The position numbers and the translations under genes were made by a program. The notes beneath the pieces are model-generated. The model was not told the DNA's origin. It saw only the letters and a list, made by a program, of their open reading frames with translations, and searched no databases. From the IMG/VR virus record IMGVR_UViG_2061766007_000738: 64,000 bases of DNA, one strand, 5' to 3'. Source of the stretch: an uncultured virus (IMG/VR IMGVR_UViG_2061766007_000738). Its lineage: Duplodnaviria; Heunggongvirae; Uroviricota; Caudoviricetes. Positions 1-11,188 of this stretch are shown piece after piece; positions within the stretch are counted from its first letter, which is position 1; the number at the start of each line of letters is the position of its first letter.

Positions 1-67
1 CCGCCATCGGCGGCGGAGTACGTTAGCCCCGAGAATCCCCCATCCCTGTAGTGGGGGAGTATGTCAA
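1..67 (+). mobile_element. Right end (omega-RNA 3' part) of a second copy of the tnpB-only IS605-group element; body lies upstream of the window
   Basis: 1-67 closely matches 6022-6088 (GGCGGCGGAGTACG...GAGAATCCCCCATCC...GTGGGGGAGTATGTCAA), and the similarity stops exactly after TCAA. Confidence 0.88.
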
Positions 68-430
68 AACTCATACTAATACCTCCACGGTCCAAGTTTA
101 GTTACAGAAAAATACGGCCGGCGTACGCCCTCGTTCTCTCTAACCAGAGCAATCGCCAAACGAGTCCCCGGGTCATANNNNNNNNNNNNNNNNNNNNNNN
201 NNNNNNNNNNNNNNNNNNNNNNNNNNNNNNNNNNNNNNNNNNNNNNNNNNNNNNNNNNNNNNNNNNNNNNNNNNNNNNNNNNNNNNNNNACGATCAGTAT
301 CTACAACGATCTCTTCGAACTCGGTAACGAACACCCCTGCCTGTTTCTTGATGTCTGTCTCACATCCATACACCCAAGAGTATGGATAATCCGGATACGG
401 ATATTGGCGAACGCTCATATCCCGACCTCC

Positions 431-835
431 TTACAATTCTCCTCCGCCCACTTCTGAATGCGCTTGATGTCCTTGCACGAATACAGCAACACCCAGCCAC
501 NNNNNNNNNNNNNNNNNNNNNNNNNNNNNNNNNNNNNNNNNNNNNAGTCGATACGGGACGTCATTCTCCGCGTACATACTCAGAGCGCCTTTCATGTAAG
601 CACCCGGGAACACTGCGACCAAATCATGCGCCACGCTCTCCAAGTATTCACGAAAGTAATACCGAATTTCGCCGGAAAACGTAAGATCGATTACGGTATC
701 GTCAGACGCCTCGATCCGGTGTTCCCAATTCTTCAACTTAGGATGCTTATTGAAAAACTCCAGCACAGGCTCGAGCTGATCCGGGGAAGCGCAATACGCA
801 CGCAACGTCCCCCAAACACCTCCTTGATAAGACAT
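431..835 (-). CDS. Hypothetical phage protein
   Basis: ORF track; GGAGG-like site upstream; part of the packed minus-strand gene run. Confidence 0.65.
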   Translation of the reverse strand: MSYQGGVWGTLRAYCASPDQLEPVLEFFNKHPKLKNWEHRIEASDDTVIDLTFSGEIRYYFREYLESVAHDLVAVFPGAYMKGALSMYAENDVPYRXXXXXXXXXXXXXXXXWLGVAVFVQGHQAHSEVGGGEL

Positions 836-837
836 GG

Positions 838-1293
838 CTACTTCTCCTGACCAACGATTTTCACTTTACGCCCCAGCAATTTGCTGATCTCGTCCACCGT
901 GTACTCTTTCTCCGGAAGCACCTCCATGATCAAATACTTGGTCATATCTACCTGTCTGTAGTATTGATCCTTGGCGATCTTTACAATATCATCCGCGTTC
1001 GAAGCCTGATTACAACGGTTGATCGAATAAGCACGAACAGCACCGCACGTGTTGAGCGCGAACACCCCAGCATCGATACAGTACAAGCCCTGCCCGATCT
1101 CGCACGAGTTAAGGTATCGCGGAATGGTAATATTTTCCGATCCTCCGCGAACCCCATCCACGCGGATGATGTACCCCATACCGTTGCCAATGTAGAGCGC
1201 CCACTCTTTCCGATACTTGCTCCTGCAATGCTCATCCGGAAACTCCACATGAAGCAACGCGCCATTCGCCAGATTATTCCAATTTTTCAACAT
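838..1293 (-). CDS. Hypothetical phage protein with C-terminal KEYTVDEISKLLG motif
   Basis: ATG at 1293 after AGGAG; C-terminal motif shared with 19625-20206 and 32313-32702. Confidence 0.7.
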   Translation of the reverse strand: MLKNWNNLANGALLHVEFPDEHCRSKYRKEWALYIGNGMGYIIRVDGVRGGSENITIPRYLNSCEIGQGLYCIDAGVFALNTCGAVRAYSINRCNQASNADDIVKIAKDQYYRQVDMTKYLIMEVLPEKEYTVDEISKLLGRKVKIVGQEK

Positions 1294-1307
1294 TTTGTTT
1301 TCTCCTT

Positions 1308-1856
1308 TCAAACAGTAAATCCTGCTTCTTTCCTTGCCTGCTCCTGCTTGAGACAAGCTTCTTCATCGATCACCATCGTTACGCCATCGCGCTGAAGGGC
1401 GTCCTCCCACAAGTTGTGGTGCTCGCCGGAATCGTAAAAGTCATCTTCTTCCTCCGGCGTATTGAACTCAGGATACGTTGGTGAGTGCCGTTCGGGTACG
1501 AACTGATCGGTGAGCGTGTCCGAGGCGACATCGTAATGATACCTACCATAAATGTCCATCATCAGTTCTTCGTAGTCGATATCCAGTTCGACCACTTCCC
1601 CGAACTTCTGTAGCATTTCTAAGAACCGATAGGCTTGGTACTGCTCGAGCGACCATTTGACCCAACCGTTGAACGTCAGCGCGTTGCACTCCTCGTCGTA
1701 TCTGAGATCGACGTCCAAAAACCATTTAGCGTCGGTAATCGGAATATGCTTACCATCATGATCCTTGAGGACCTGCTGGAAATGCTCGAAAGCCTTATCC
1801 GCGTCTTCCTTTTTGCGGTAGGACGCGGTAGCTCCTACAAAACAACAGTTAGCCAT
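1308..1856 (-). CDS. Hypothetical phage protein
   Basis: ORF track; likely start MANCC after GGAG. Confidence 0.65.
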   Translation of the reverse strand: MANCCFVGATASYRKKEDADKAFEHFQQVLKDHDGKHIPITDAKWFLDVDLRYDEECNALTFNGWVKWSLEQYQAYRFLEMLQKFGEVVELDIDYEELMMDIYGRYHYDVASDTLTDQFVPERHSPTYPEFNTPEEEDDFYDSGEHHNLWEDALQRDGVTMVIDEEACLKQEQARKEAGFTV

Positions 1857-2838
1857 TTTCGCTCTCCATTGATACAAATACTCTCGCATGCGCAACCTCC
1901 CCGTCAAACCGAGGGTTTGCACTCATGCGGCACACCAAAGCGTCCTGCCAGCACGTTCCTAAAGTGACATCTCTATCCAGCGCATGCTTCAGTGCAACTT
2001 CATCACTATCCGCCTCGACATCTACCTTTACTTTGGCGGTCAACGACACCGAGTACTTCATCAATCCGCCAGCTCCTCCACGTCAGTGACCTGCACATCG
2101 AGGTCTACCGACCGGGCATCGGTACTCCCAAACACCTCCGCCGCGGTATTCCACGCGTCGTTTTCGTCCTCAGCGTCGAAATCCACTTCAAGCCATTCGG
2201 TCTGCTTGATGTATGCTCTGTATTTAGGCATATCACCACCCCTTATCGTCAATACAATGCCGTTTCAGCACCTCACGAACCGCCACCTCGGTGGCTTCCC
2301 ACTCATCGGCGTAGCCAAATGCAGGATGCATAACCGCCAGATACGCGTCATACAGTTCCTCTTGATGCTGCACGATGTAATCCCGGCCCTCAGACGGCAT
2401 GCCTTCCAGCGCGGCGTTGTCCTTGACATAGTCCTTGAAGAACTCTTCGGCTTTAGTTTTCTTCAGATCCTTAAGATCCTCCGGCTTTAACTCCTCGATC
2501 ATCTCGACTTCCTGCGAGACGTTGACGAGTTTGGGATTATCGATATAACCGAACTGCGCCACTGTCGAGGCCACCGCCTGACTCAGATCAGTACCCTCGA
2601 CTTCGAACTCATGCCACTCTGTACTACGAAGACGAACTTTATACTTAGGCATCTATCCTCTCCACTTTTGTAACCCACTCCGTAGGAAGAAGCGACGCCA
2701 ACTCATCCGCCCACTCACCGGGCGTATTGGCGGACTCTTCCTCTGNNNNNNNNNNNNNNNNNNNNNNNCCGCCGCGTCAACATCGAAATCACGACTAACC
2801 ACATGATCCCGCGTGATCCGTACACGATATCTAGGCAT
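1849..2838 (-). CDS. Four tandem small ORFs with related N-termini (DpnD/PcfM-like pattern)
   Basis: MKYSVSL..VEAD, MPKYRAYI..FDAE, MPKYKVRL..VEG, MPRYRVRI..VDAA; family name from recalled pattern only. Confidence 0.5.
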
Positions 2839-3583
2839 TTTACTCCTTTTTCAACAAGTCGATCAAGTCCTGCTCGGTCTTGGCGATATCCGCACCGCAC
2901 GCACCACAATAGAACGAGTTCCACTGATCGAAGTTGCTCTCGTCAACATAGGTATCCGCGTCTTCGAGCGGGTAAACCGANNNNNNNNNNNNNNNNNNCC
3001 GTGTTGGCAGTAACATCCGCACGCCACACACGCCGCACTCGAGCTTTCTTTCCGCAGTGCGGACAAGTAACCTCTATCGGAGTATCCGCGCGAATTATAC
3101 GGGAGTCGATCCTGCCAAAAATGTCCGACAAACAACGTAATATCTCCAACAAGTTCGTAGTGTTGCACTCGCGCAACTCGTCATAGTCGACATAATTCGC
3201 CGGAACTTCCAACACAACACGCAACGGAACCATCCGCTTTTCAGCTTTCTTCGACATAATTAAACGTCTCCATAATCATCATCTGGATCATACTCGGGAT
3301 CGACCGTCCACTCCATGCACTGGCATTCACCGGGAATGAAGTCCCGATACTGACCACAGCGAATCTTGTGGACGATCTCTTCCAACTCCGCAATCAACAC
3401 TTCCTCCGATTCCACAACGATCGGAGCCTCCATATCGAATTTATACATCAGCCTCGTAGCCCTCGTCGTAATTCAACATATCTTCCACTCCGCAGAGCCG
3501 CTCTTTCAGCTCGGCAAGCTCCACATCTTTCTGAAGCAGCAACTGAATCAGCTCCGCTCGACGTAACTTTGTGTAATTATTCA

Positions 3584-4331
3584 TCATTTCCTTTTACTCC
3601 CGCACAGCGGTTTAGGCGGTTTCAGTCCAACAGTCTTAAAAATCGCTTTGTACTTATTCTCAAGATCACGACTACACTTGGGGGACACGCCACAAGAGAA
3701 TCTATTGAAAGTCTGCTCAGAAAACGCTTTAACATATTCTCTAACNNNNNNNNNNNNNNNNNNNNNNNNTGTTCCAGCCACGGATCTTCCGACGGCACCG
3801 TCTCCGGGAAAGTATACAGCCCGGGCGCAATCATATCCGCCCTACAAGCGACGTGCCCCTCACGACACTTGATAAGCACTTCATTCTTGTATTTATGCTT
3901 CTGCACGTTACCAATCCCTCCCGATATGTTAGGAACCNNNNNNNNNNTTTGCCCTCCCAAGCGCTTCAAGACACCGTAAAAAGGGTAGACAAGTCTTATC
4001 GGCAATTCTTCCGGAAACGGAAGAATCACGAAAAGGCNNNNNNNNNNTCACGGACGCGGAGCGTCCTTCCCAAGACGTAGCCAAGTCGGGTAGAACCGTG
4101 GGTTACGACTTCGGAATGANNNNNNNNNNTGCCGTCCTCCTTGTAGAGCAACGTGTAGCCGATCTCGGCATACAGCCTGCCGCAGTCTGCGCCGTACACA
4201 TCCTCGAAACGACGTATGCGATGCTGATACTCTTCAGGAACATCGTGGTTGCGCTGAGCCTCTATTTCCTTCAAAGTGATTCTGCGCATCGCTCCGTTAT
4301 TTTCTTCATCACGAAGATAGTAAGTTTTCAT
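3584..4331 (-). CDS. Hypothetical phage protein (pieces joined across gaps and probable misplaced tnpB fragments)
   Basis: MKTYYLRD...KEDG | VPNISGG... | VREYVKAF... read as one protein if the N-bounded tnpB fragments are ignored. Confidence 0.45.
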
Positions 4332-4630
4332 GAGTCGTAGGGTCCTATTTTATGCACAACTATAGACGTTCGCTCAGCGCTATCTTGGAAAACCGCCAAC
4401 GACAAATGATCGTAAGGCTCGTAGGGCACCTTGATAGTCCATCGTTTCTGCGGCACGGCATACCACCCACCATGACAGATAAGCACCAATTTCGACATAT
4501 CCGGCACCAACTTCCGAAGCTTCTGCGGCATCGTGATATACCCGCAACGAGTTACCTCGACTTCATCTCTCCACGGCTCCCAATAATCAACCGGATAGTC
4601 TCGGTCACGTTTCCATTTAACCCTCGACAT
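4328..4630 (-). CDS. Hypothetical phage protein
   Basis: ORF track; coupled to neighbours. Confidence 0.6.
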   Translation of the reverse strand: MSRVKWKRDRDYPVDYWEPWRDEVEVTRCGYITMPQKLRKLVPDMSKLVLICHGGWYAVPQKRWTIKVPYEPYDHLSLAVFQDSAERTSIVVHKIGPYDS

Positions 4631-4884
4631 TGTTTGCTCCTATCTCGTGATTACACGGCAACTTCATCAGATACTCGTAGAGTTTCCGACGGGCTTCGTA
4701 ACAGTCTGTGTTCTCAGGCAACAAATCTTCTGCACAATGACCGCAAAGATAGCGGAACGTGCGGGAATTACGCGGGTGTTCATCCCAGTCGTCAGAATCC
4801 TCGAAAGTCATCTGATAGTCGCCATTTACAATCTCCCCGGCGGAGAAAGCCGCTACCCTCGTGGTAGCGGATGAATCCGCCCAC

Positions 4885-4913
4885 TTGACATTTTTTCAAA
4901 TTCATGCTATATT
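4885..4913 (+). promoter_or_regulatory. Sigma70-type promoter of tnpB (probably leaderless mRNA)
   Basis: TTGACA-17 bp-TATATT with TG extension; ATG 6 nt downstream. Confidence 0.75.
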
Positions 4914-4919
4914 TTCCTC

Positions 4920-6047
4920 ATGTTAACTTTCAAGTACAAACTCTATTCTAATTCCAAACGTGGATATCTCGATGCACGCATCGACGCCTTCGGCGTCTTG
5001 TGGAATTATTGCATAGCGATGTACCGAAGGTACTACAAGTTGTATGGGAAGACTTTGAGTATGTATGCTTTGATGAAGCATATAACCAAAGTCAAGGGCA
5101 CTACGCATCCGTGGATGCGTGAGCTTCCTTCGCAAGCGGTGCAAGATGTGGTCTTCCGGGTGGACAAGTCTTATCGGCAATTCTTCCGGAAACGGAAGAA
5201 TCACGAAAAGGCACGTCCACCCAAGTTCCGTTCGATCAAGAAGTACCGTTCGTTTACCTTGACACAAGCCGGTTACGGCTTGTGCGGTAACAAAGTACGC
5301 ATCGGTACTCATCGCTACGGTTTTCATCTTTCCCGACCGATTGTCGGGAAGGTGAAAACCCTCACCGTGAAGAGAGACGCCGTAGGCGACTTGTGGATCG
5401 TCGTGGCTACGGACGCGGAGCGCCCTTTCCAAGACGTAGCCAAGTCGGGTAGAACCGTGGGTTACGACTTCGGAATGAAAACATTCCTCGTCTCCACCGA
5501 TCACCAAGACGTCGAGGCACCTCTCTTTTTGCAACAAGCTTCGACGAAGCTCCGAAGAGCTTCCCGAAGCGTGAGTCGCAAAAAGCGCGGATCCCACAAC
5601 CGGAAGAAAGCTTTGCAACGCAAAGCAAGGATCGAAAGGAAGATCACCAATCAACGTAGTGACTTCCAATGGAAGCTCGCACATAAGCTCCTTCGGAGCT
5701 ATGATGTGCTTTGCTTCGAAGACCTCGATCTTCAAGGAATCGCAAAGCGATTCGGCAAGAAGATCACCGAGTACTCCTTCGGGGAGTTCCTTGGTCGACT
5801 CGACTACTTGGCGCTTGTCTATGACAAGCAAGTAGTCAAGGTCGACCGGTGGTTCCCCTCTTCCAAGTTGTGTAGTAGTTGCGGATACAAGAAACAAGAT
5901 CTTCAACTCCGTGATCGCGCGTGGGTATGTCCCTCTTGTGGCGCGAGCCACAATCGGGACTACAACGCCGCGCTCAATATCTTACGGGAAGGGACATCTT
6001 CCTTGGGTAGTACTCGTAAGGCCGCCGCCGGCGGCGGAGTACGCTAG
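4920..6047 (+). CDS. tnpB: TnpB RNA-guided endonuclease
   Basis: N-terminal TFKYKLY; RuvC motifs VGYDFG, CFEDL, NRDYNAALNI; zinc finger CSSCG...CPSCG. Confidence 0.95.
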   Translation: MLTFKYKLYSNSKRGYLDARIDAFGVLWNYCIAMYRRYYKLYGKTLSMYALMKHITKVKGTTHPWMRELPSQAVQDVVFRVDKSYRQFFRKRKNHEKARPPKFRSIKKYRSFTLTQAGYGLCGNKVRIGTHRYGFHLSRPIVGKVKTLTVKRDAVGDLWIVVATDAERPFQDVAKSGRTVGYDFGMKTFLVSTDHQDVEAPLFLQQASTKLRRASRSVSRKKRGSHNRKKALQRKARIERKITNQRSDFQWKLAHKLLRSYDVLCFEDLDLQGIAKRFGKKITEYSFGEFLGRLDYLALVYDKQVVKVDRWFPSSKLCSSCGYKKQDLQLRDRAWVCPSCGASHNRDYNAALNILREGTSSLGSTRKAAAGGGVR

Positions 6048-6108
6048 TCCCGAGAATCCCCCATCCTAGTGGTGGGGGAGTATGTCAAACAAAACTTGCG
6101 CCACTCCT
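5985..6108 (+). ncRNA. Putative omega-RNA (reRNA) scaffold plus guide ACAAAACTTGCGCCACTCCT; 5' boundary approximate
   Basis: Established TnpB biology: scaffold overlaps the tnpB 3' end and right end, and the flank becomes the guide; scaffold conserved with 1-67. Confidence 0.65.
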
Positions 6109-6482
6109 GCTGAAATTTGCGATTCAGACTGTTTGGGCACTGCAACAGCCAATCGATGTCCTCACGATCCATCTCCCCGGTAGTCGCACCGTATTCGATA
6201 CGAAACTTTCCATAATCGGCTTCTTCGATGACATAGCCCTCAACCATAGCCCCGAATTCCTCGCAGAGGTGGATAAGTATTTGCTCAAGCACCTCATCGA
6301 AATCACTGTTCAGCTCGTCCCCACAGAACTGCGTGGCAATAATCCGATAGTCGCCCTCACTGTTGTCCCAACCGAACCAGCCGTCGGTATCCCACTTTTC
6401 GAGCTCCCGCTCAACCATGTATTCCGGAACATCTTTCGGAATCTTGACCTTGAGATCACCACTAACAAATGCACTCATGTTC

Positions 6483-7225
6483 TCACCCCATGTACTCGAT
6501 ACTGTCGTGTTCGCTTAGCGACTCACCCAGAAGTTGCGCAGCGCAGTCCGGGCAAAGCCACTCCTGTCCACCACCCGCAAACTTGTGCAAATACACCGCG
6601 TCGGCGCCGACGAGACACGTGCCGCAACTTGAACACTCCTCCGTGCAGTCATCGGGAATATCATCGGCGTAACGATAGACCTGTTCAGGACCGCGAAAGT
6701 CGTCATAGAAGAAGCCCTGAGCAGGGTCGGCTTCCGGTTCCTTCCCGACAAATTCCCGCCAGTTCTCCGGATCCTCCAACAACAACGGAGATTCGTAGAA
6801 GTGTTCACTGAATGCCAACCGAATGCCCGCAGAGCNNNNNNNNNNGAGGAAGATCACCAATCAACGTAGTGATTTCCAATGGAAGCTCGCACACAAGCTC
6901 CTTCGGAGCTATGATGTGCTTTGCTTTGAAGACCTCGATCTTCAAGGAATCGCGAAGCGATTCGGCAAGAAGATCACCGAGTACTCCTTCGGGGAGTTCC
7001 TTGGNNNNNNNNNNACTCCGACTTATCTGGTTCAAGATTGTTCAATTCCGCAACAAGCTCGTAGAAGTCCTTCCCACCAAACACGCCGTACCCCTCGTAG
7101 TCATCTTCGGGGTACAGCGTACCGTCCCGCGGGTCTACCATGTACACAGTAAACGTCTCCCGCGGGGAATACCGGTTGGCTATCGACCTGTGTGTGTCCT
7201 GCGTATACCAGCTGAAAAATCCCAT
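6483..7225 (-). CDS. Hypothetical phage protein (joined across a probable misplaced tnpB fragment)
   Basis: MGFFSWYTQD...EPDKSE | SAGIRLAF...; C-terminal CxxC pairs. Confidence 0.55.
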
Positions 7226-7495
7226 ATTGTCCTCCAAAAACAACAAGGGCGCAGAATGCTTTCGCACCCCGCGCCCAACTCAACTATCGCGGCAGATTAG
7301 ACCACGAACTTATTCAAAAGATAATCTCGATGATCTACCAACCACTTTTCCCACTGTTCGCGGGTCATTCCATTAGGTGCGTACACCGTATCCGCCATGT
7401 CATCGAACTCTTTGCATTTATTAGCCAACAACAGCAGGTTCACCACATCCATGGCACGTAGATTGTGAGACTTAAAGTCCGCAATAGAACCTTCA

Positions 7496-8122
7496 TCAAT
7501 TACCTTCATTACCCTTTTCCGCCTCCTGTGCAATTTTCAACGCCTCAGGATCCAACACGATGTCAAACTCGGCATCACTGCTCAAACACCTGCCACCTTG
7601 CGACCAACGAAACACTCCGAGCGTTTCCCACGAATCGCAGTTATTGTCATTAGTCCAATCGTAATGATAGGTTTCAAGCATGTCTTCCATCAGATCGGAG
7701 TCTTCCGTATCGACATTGAGTTGTTCCATCCACCAGTTCCAGAACCGCTTGAAGTCCTCCGGACGTTCACGTTCGAGCGTACTCAAAGCGCTCTGAAAGT
7801 CTTCTACACCCGAGTGATCCCAGTCTCCGGGAAACACCGCATTGTAATCTTGCTTCTCTTCCTCCCAGACACGCTCCGACCACTCTTCAAGACTGTCTTC
7901 AGTAGCGTCACACGCGACAGAATCCTTCCACAAGTCTTTGTAATACTCGCAGATATCTCCGTCGAGCATGCGTTGAATTTCCGTTGGAGTATACAAATAC
8001 ATACCGGATCCGGTCGCACCATGAAGCTCCGACGAATATTCGAACACATCATCAAGGATGAATACATCACCATCCTTGATGCCGATAATTCGATTATACT
8101 GCTGACGCTTTGTTTCAGACAT
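7496..8122 (-). CDS. Hypothetical acidic phage protein
   Basis: 208 aa ORF, coupled to neighbours. Confidence 0.7.
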   Translation of the reverse strand: MSETKRQQYNRIIGIKDGDVFILDDVFEYSSELHGATGSGMYLYTPTEIQRMLDGDICEYYKDLWKDSVACDATEDSLEEWSERVWEEEKQDYNAVFPGDWDHSGVEDFQSALSTLERERPEDFKRFWNWWMEQLNVDTEDSDLMEDMLETYHYDWTNDNNCDSWETLGVFRWSQGGRCLSSDAEFDIVLDPEALKIAQEAEKGNEGN

Positions 8123-8588
8123 CTTTCTTCTCCCGCACTATTTTGCTGTTTCGCCAGTCAGAAGCATCGTACTCGCCAATATACTGGGCGGCATCCGCCC
8201 CCCACGAGTATTCACCCGCGTAGACGTCTTCGGGATTACAAGTATACCAGTAGGCATCGCCATCGCTATCGACAGCCGCGCAAGTAGCATTCGGCGGACA
8301 ATTCGGATCATCGAATACGGACTGATCGAGTTTTCTAAGGGGTTCGTCATCCGCGTCATCCTCGTCATCAGACATATCCAGATCCAGTGTCTTTACAAGC
8401 CAATCCTCCTCAAATCGCAGAAGATCGTCGACAGTTACTTCATTGATGTACTCTCCATCGGACGCCTCCAGCAAGGCTTCAAAGTCACCGAGTTTGCCCT
8501 GATCGCAAATGCGCTGGAACAACTCTGCGCCATCGGGATGTGGCTCATATGTGGACCACCCCAATTCCTTATATAGAACCATTCTCAA
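8115..8588 (-). CDS. Hypothetical phage protein
   Basis: ORF track; motif CAAVDSDGDAYWY resembles CAVINPDGKAYWC in the 35.2-35.4 kb ORF. Confidence 0.65.
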   Translation of the reverse strand: MRMVLYKELGWSTYEPHPDGAELFQRICDQGKLGDFEALLEASDGEYINEVTVDDLLRFEEDWLVKTLDLDMSDDEDDADDEPLRKLDQSVFDDPNCPPNATCAAVDSDGDAYWYTCNPEDVYAGEYSWGADAAQYIGEYDASDWRNSKIVREKKDV

Positions 8589-9040
8589 AATCCCTTAGAT
8601 CGATCAACCAGCATCAACGGCCACGCAAGACATTTGGCGTAATACCGCAGCCAATGATCGCGCACCTTAGCACGATGTTCCTCCGGAGTGTCACTATATT
8701 TCAGATAGAACACCCACGCCGCCACCAAACAATATGCACCAATAATCCAACTCACTTTTCCTCTTCCTTTCCAAACACACTTTCATAGGCACTGTCGGGA
8801 TCCTCCGCGATAGCCGTAAAAGCCTTCATGATTTCCCGAGTCAACGCCGTCGCCACGATTTCCTGAAGCTTCTCAGAACACTCCAGCCCGATGTCAGCCG
8901 GAGTGAACCGCTCAGTAAAATCCTTGTACTCACCCATTTTCTGACAAATCATCGTCGTCACATAAGTCTGCACAGCCGCCGAGAAGGTTTCGGTGAATAC
9001 CTCCGAAGCCTTGATCGACAGATGCACACAAGTCGATCCA

Positions 9041-9381
9041 TCATCGTTTTTCTTCGTTACTTGTTGCATGAAAACCCTTCGCCTTTCCTATCTTTTTGAC
9101 TTTAGTGGGATATGACAACCGGTAATCTGACTCGATTGGATGATCCCAGACGTCATCGCGGTAACCTTTGTAGCCCTTTTCGTACGCATCCACCCGTGCA
9201 TCGAACTGCACAATATCTCCGGGTTTCAACCCCAGCTTCGCAAAACCCTTGGTTTTGTTGAACCAGAGATGATCGGTTACGACCCTATCTGTACCCGCCA
9301 AGCGTACATCCAACAACACAAGCGTTTCGATCGGACCCTTATAACCATTTTTCCAACCGAAACGCTCAAATATTCCAACAA
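9041..9381 (-). CDS. Hypothetical phage protein (start in gap)
   Basis: FERFGWKNGYKG...TDHLWF...VQFDARV, globular-looking sequence. Confidence 0.6.
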
Positions 9382-9451
9382 ANNNNNNNNNNNNNNNNNN
9401 NNNNNNNNNNNNNNNNNNNNNNNNNNNNNNNNNNNNNNNNNNNNNNNNNNN

Positions 9452-11188
9452 CCGGTAACCCATCCTGCGCCAATGTAGTCCTTGAACCGCACCACCGAGC
9501 GCTGATAGGCCCACGGGCTGAAGTGATCCACGAAATCGAACAAATACGCGCAATCCTTACCCGGGCACAGCCGCGAAAGCCGACCGGGGATCTGCGTACT
9601 CGAGATCTTCGATGTTTCACCGTCAGCTCTGATGAGGTACTTCAAATGCACGAAGTTCACACCTTCCGAGAAGATGTTGGTCGCTATCAACTTCTTCAGC
9701 TCGCCGCTTTCAAACCTTTTCCGAATATCGGCGATGCCCTTTGCGTTCATCCTATACTGCGTCATGTCGATGCCAGATATATTGCGATCGACCATCTGCG
9801 GGGCACCACACGGTGAGCCGTCCATCTGTAGCCAATCGGTGAACATGCGCGGGAAGCTCACGAGCTCACCCGTCCGATTAACCGGTACAAACGTCATCTC
9901 ACCTTTATCATCTGCAACTACAATGAAGTTACCCCAATCTCTTGTAGCCACAAATGTTCCCGGAAAATGTTGCTCAAACCCTACTCGTTCCATCCACAGT
10001 GCATTCGACCACGTATGTCCGGAAACCTCCAAACGTTCAAAAGCATAGGAATCCATGCCCGTAAGCGCAGTGGTAAACCACGACACGGTACCCCTGGATT
10101 TATGCACTGCCTGCACCGTTTTGGGTGCGTTCTCCTCCGTCCAAGCTCGATTGCGCTTGACCTTCACCCCGTTTCCACCATGACACACGGTAAACTCCGG
10201 TAGAAGTTGATGCAACCGCACAGCATGCTCGAAGGTGCTTACCATGATGAGACACTGCTCGTCTTCTGGGAGACTCTTCGCCACATCCGCGATCTGCTGG
10301 TTACGCCCGTAGTTGCAGATATAGTTGAGCTTCTTATCCAGCATCATCGAATCGGTGACTTGCCGTTCTTTGGCGCGACACGGAAGCATGATCGCCTTGA
10401 TGGGAACAACAAGGTTGTGCTCAACCGCTTCTTGATAGGTAGCCTCCGTGATTACGTCGCCAAATAACCCCTTGATCAAAGCCTCTGCCTTGTCCCCCNN
10501 NNNNNNNNNNNNNNNNNNNNNNNNNNTTGTTCATCAGTAGCTCGGTGATCTGATTATTTCCGCAGTTGTGGACTTCATCGAACAGTAGTATGTCACAAGT
10601 CCTGACCTGTGATCGGAGGATAGATTTGGTCGTGGACACCTGTATTCGTTTGGTTTCCTCATCCGCCTTAGTACCTGCTTTGATAAGCCCTACCTGTGAT
10701 TTGCCGTGGACGGCAACAAGGTTTTCATACAACGAAGACACTACCGAAGCGGCCTCCGTGCAGATCACGAACTTGGCGTTGGGATACAATATCGTTAACA
10801 CCTTGATAACAAATGACTTGCCCCATCCGCAACTACACTTGATGATACCCTTGTCGTGCTCCGTGATCGCCTTTATGCAATCATCTTGCTTGAAACGGAA
10901 GTGGACATCCAGCGCACCCGGGTCAGTATCATACGCGTGTTCCGGAATCTCGCGCAGATCAAGATACTTCACCTCGATCCCTTTGGACTTCGCCATGCGT
11001 ATGACATCGTCAAGAAACCCTGCGGCAAAATAGCCGCCCGGATCACCCTCCGGTCTGGTGTAAAGGTGCTCGGTGTAGGTTTCCCGTACACCGTCCACAT
11101 ACCTCACCAGCTTCGTTTTCAACAGCGCCGACAACCATGGTTGCCACTTATCAACATGAATCAGCGCTTTTACTCTCAATAGTTCCAT
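9452..11188 (-). CDS. Superfamily 2 (UvsW-like) DNA helicase; frame changes across gap, stop in gap
   Basis: Walker A CGWGKS, DEVH, motif V FSEGVN, motif VI QIPGRLSR. Confidence 0.85.

Larger units (their letters stand above)
4830..6088 (+). mobile_element. Non-autonomous IS200/IS605-family (IS1341-type, tnpB-only) element, 1259 bp
   Basis: Left-end hairpin GGCGGA..CCGCTACC-CTCGT-GGTAGCGG..TCCGCC after TTTAC; right-end hairpin ending TCAA; no target duplication; no tnpA. Confidence 0.88.
4617..6478 (-). pseudogene. ~200 aa phage gene split by the IS element
   Basis: Removing 4830-6088 joins ...EWRKFC (6089) in frame to VNGDYQMTFED... (4829-4617). Confidence 0.75.

Noticed and set aside
3948..4119. 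Two tnpB fragments embedded in a phage gene, suggesting captured spacers or shuffled cassettes
   Set aside because: Each is bounded by 10-11 N and the host gene continues on both sides. Most likely repeat contigs from the second tnpB allele misplaced by the scaffolder; long reads would settle it.
4923..5951. 342 aa antisense ORF over tnpB
   Set aside because: Shadow ORF with no recognisable motifs.
6847..7004. Third tnpB fragment, near-identical to 5637-5794
   Set aside because: Same N-bounded pattern inside an otherwise continuous gene; treated as an assembly artefact.
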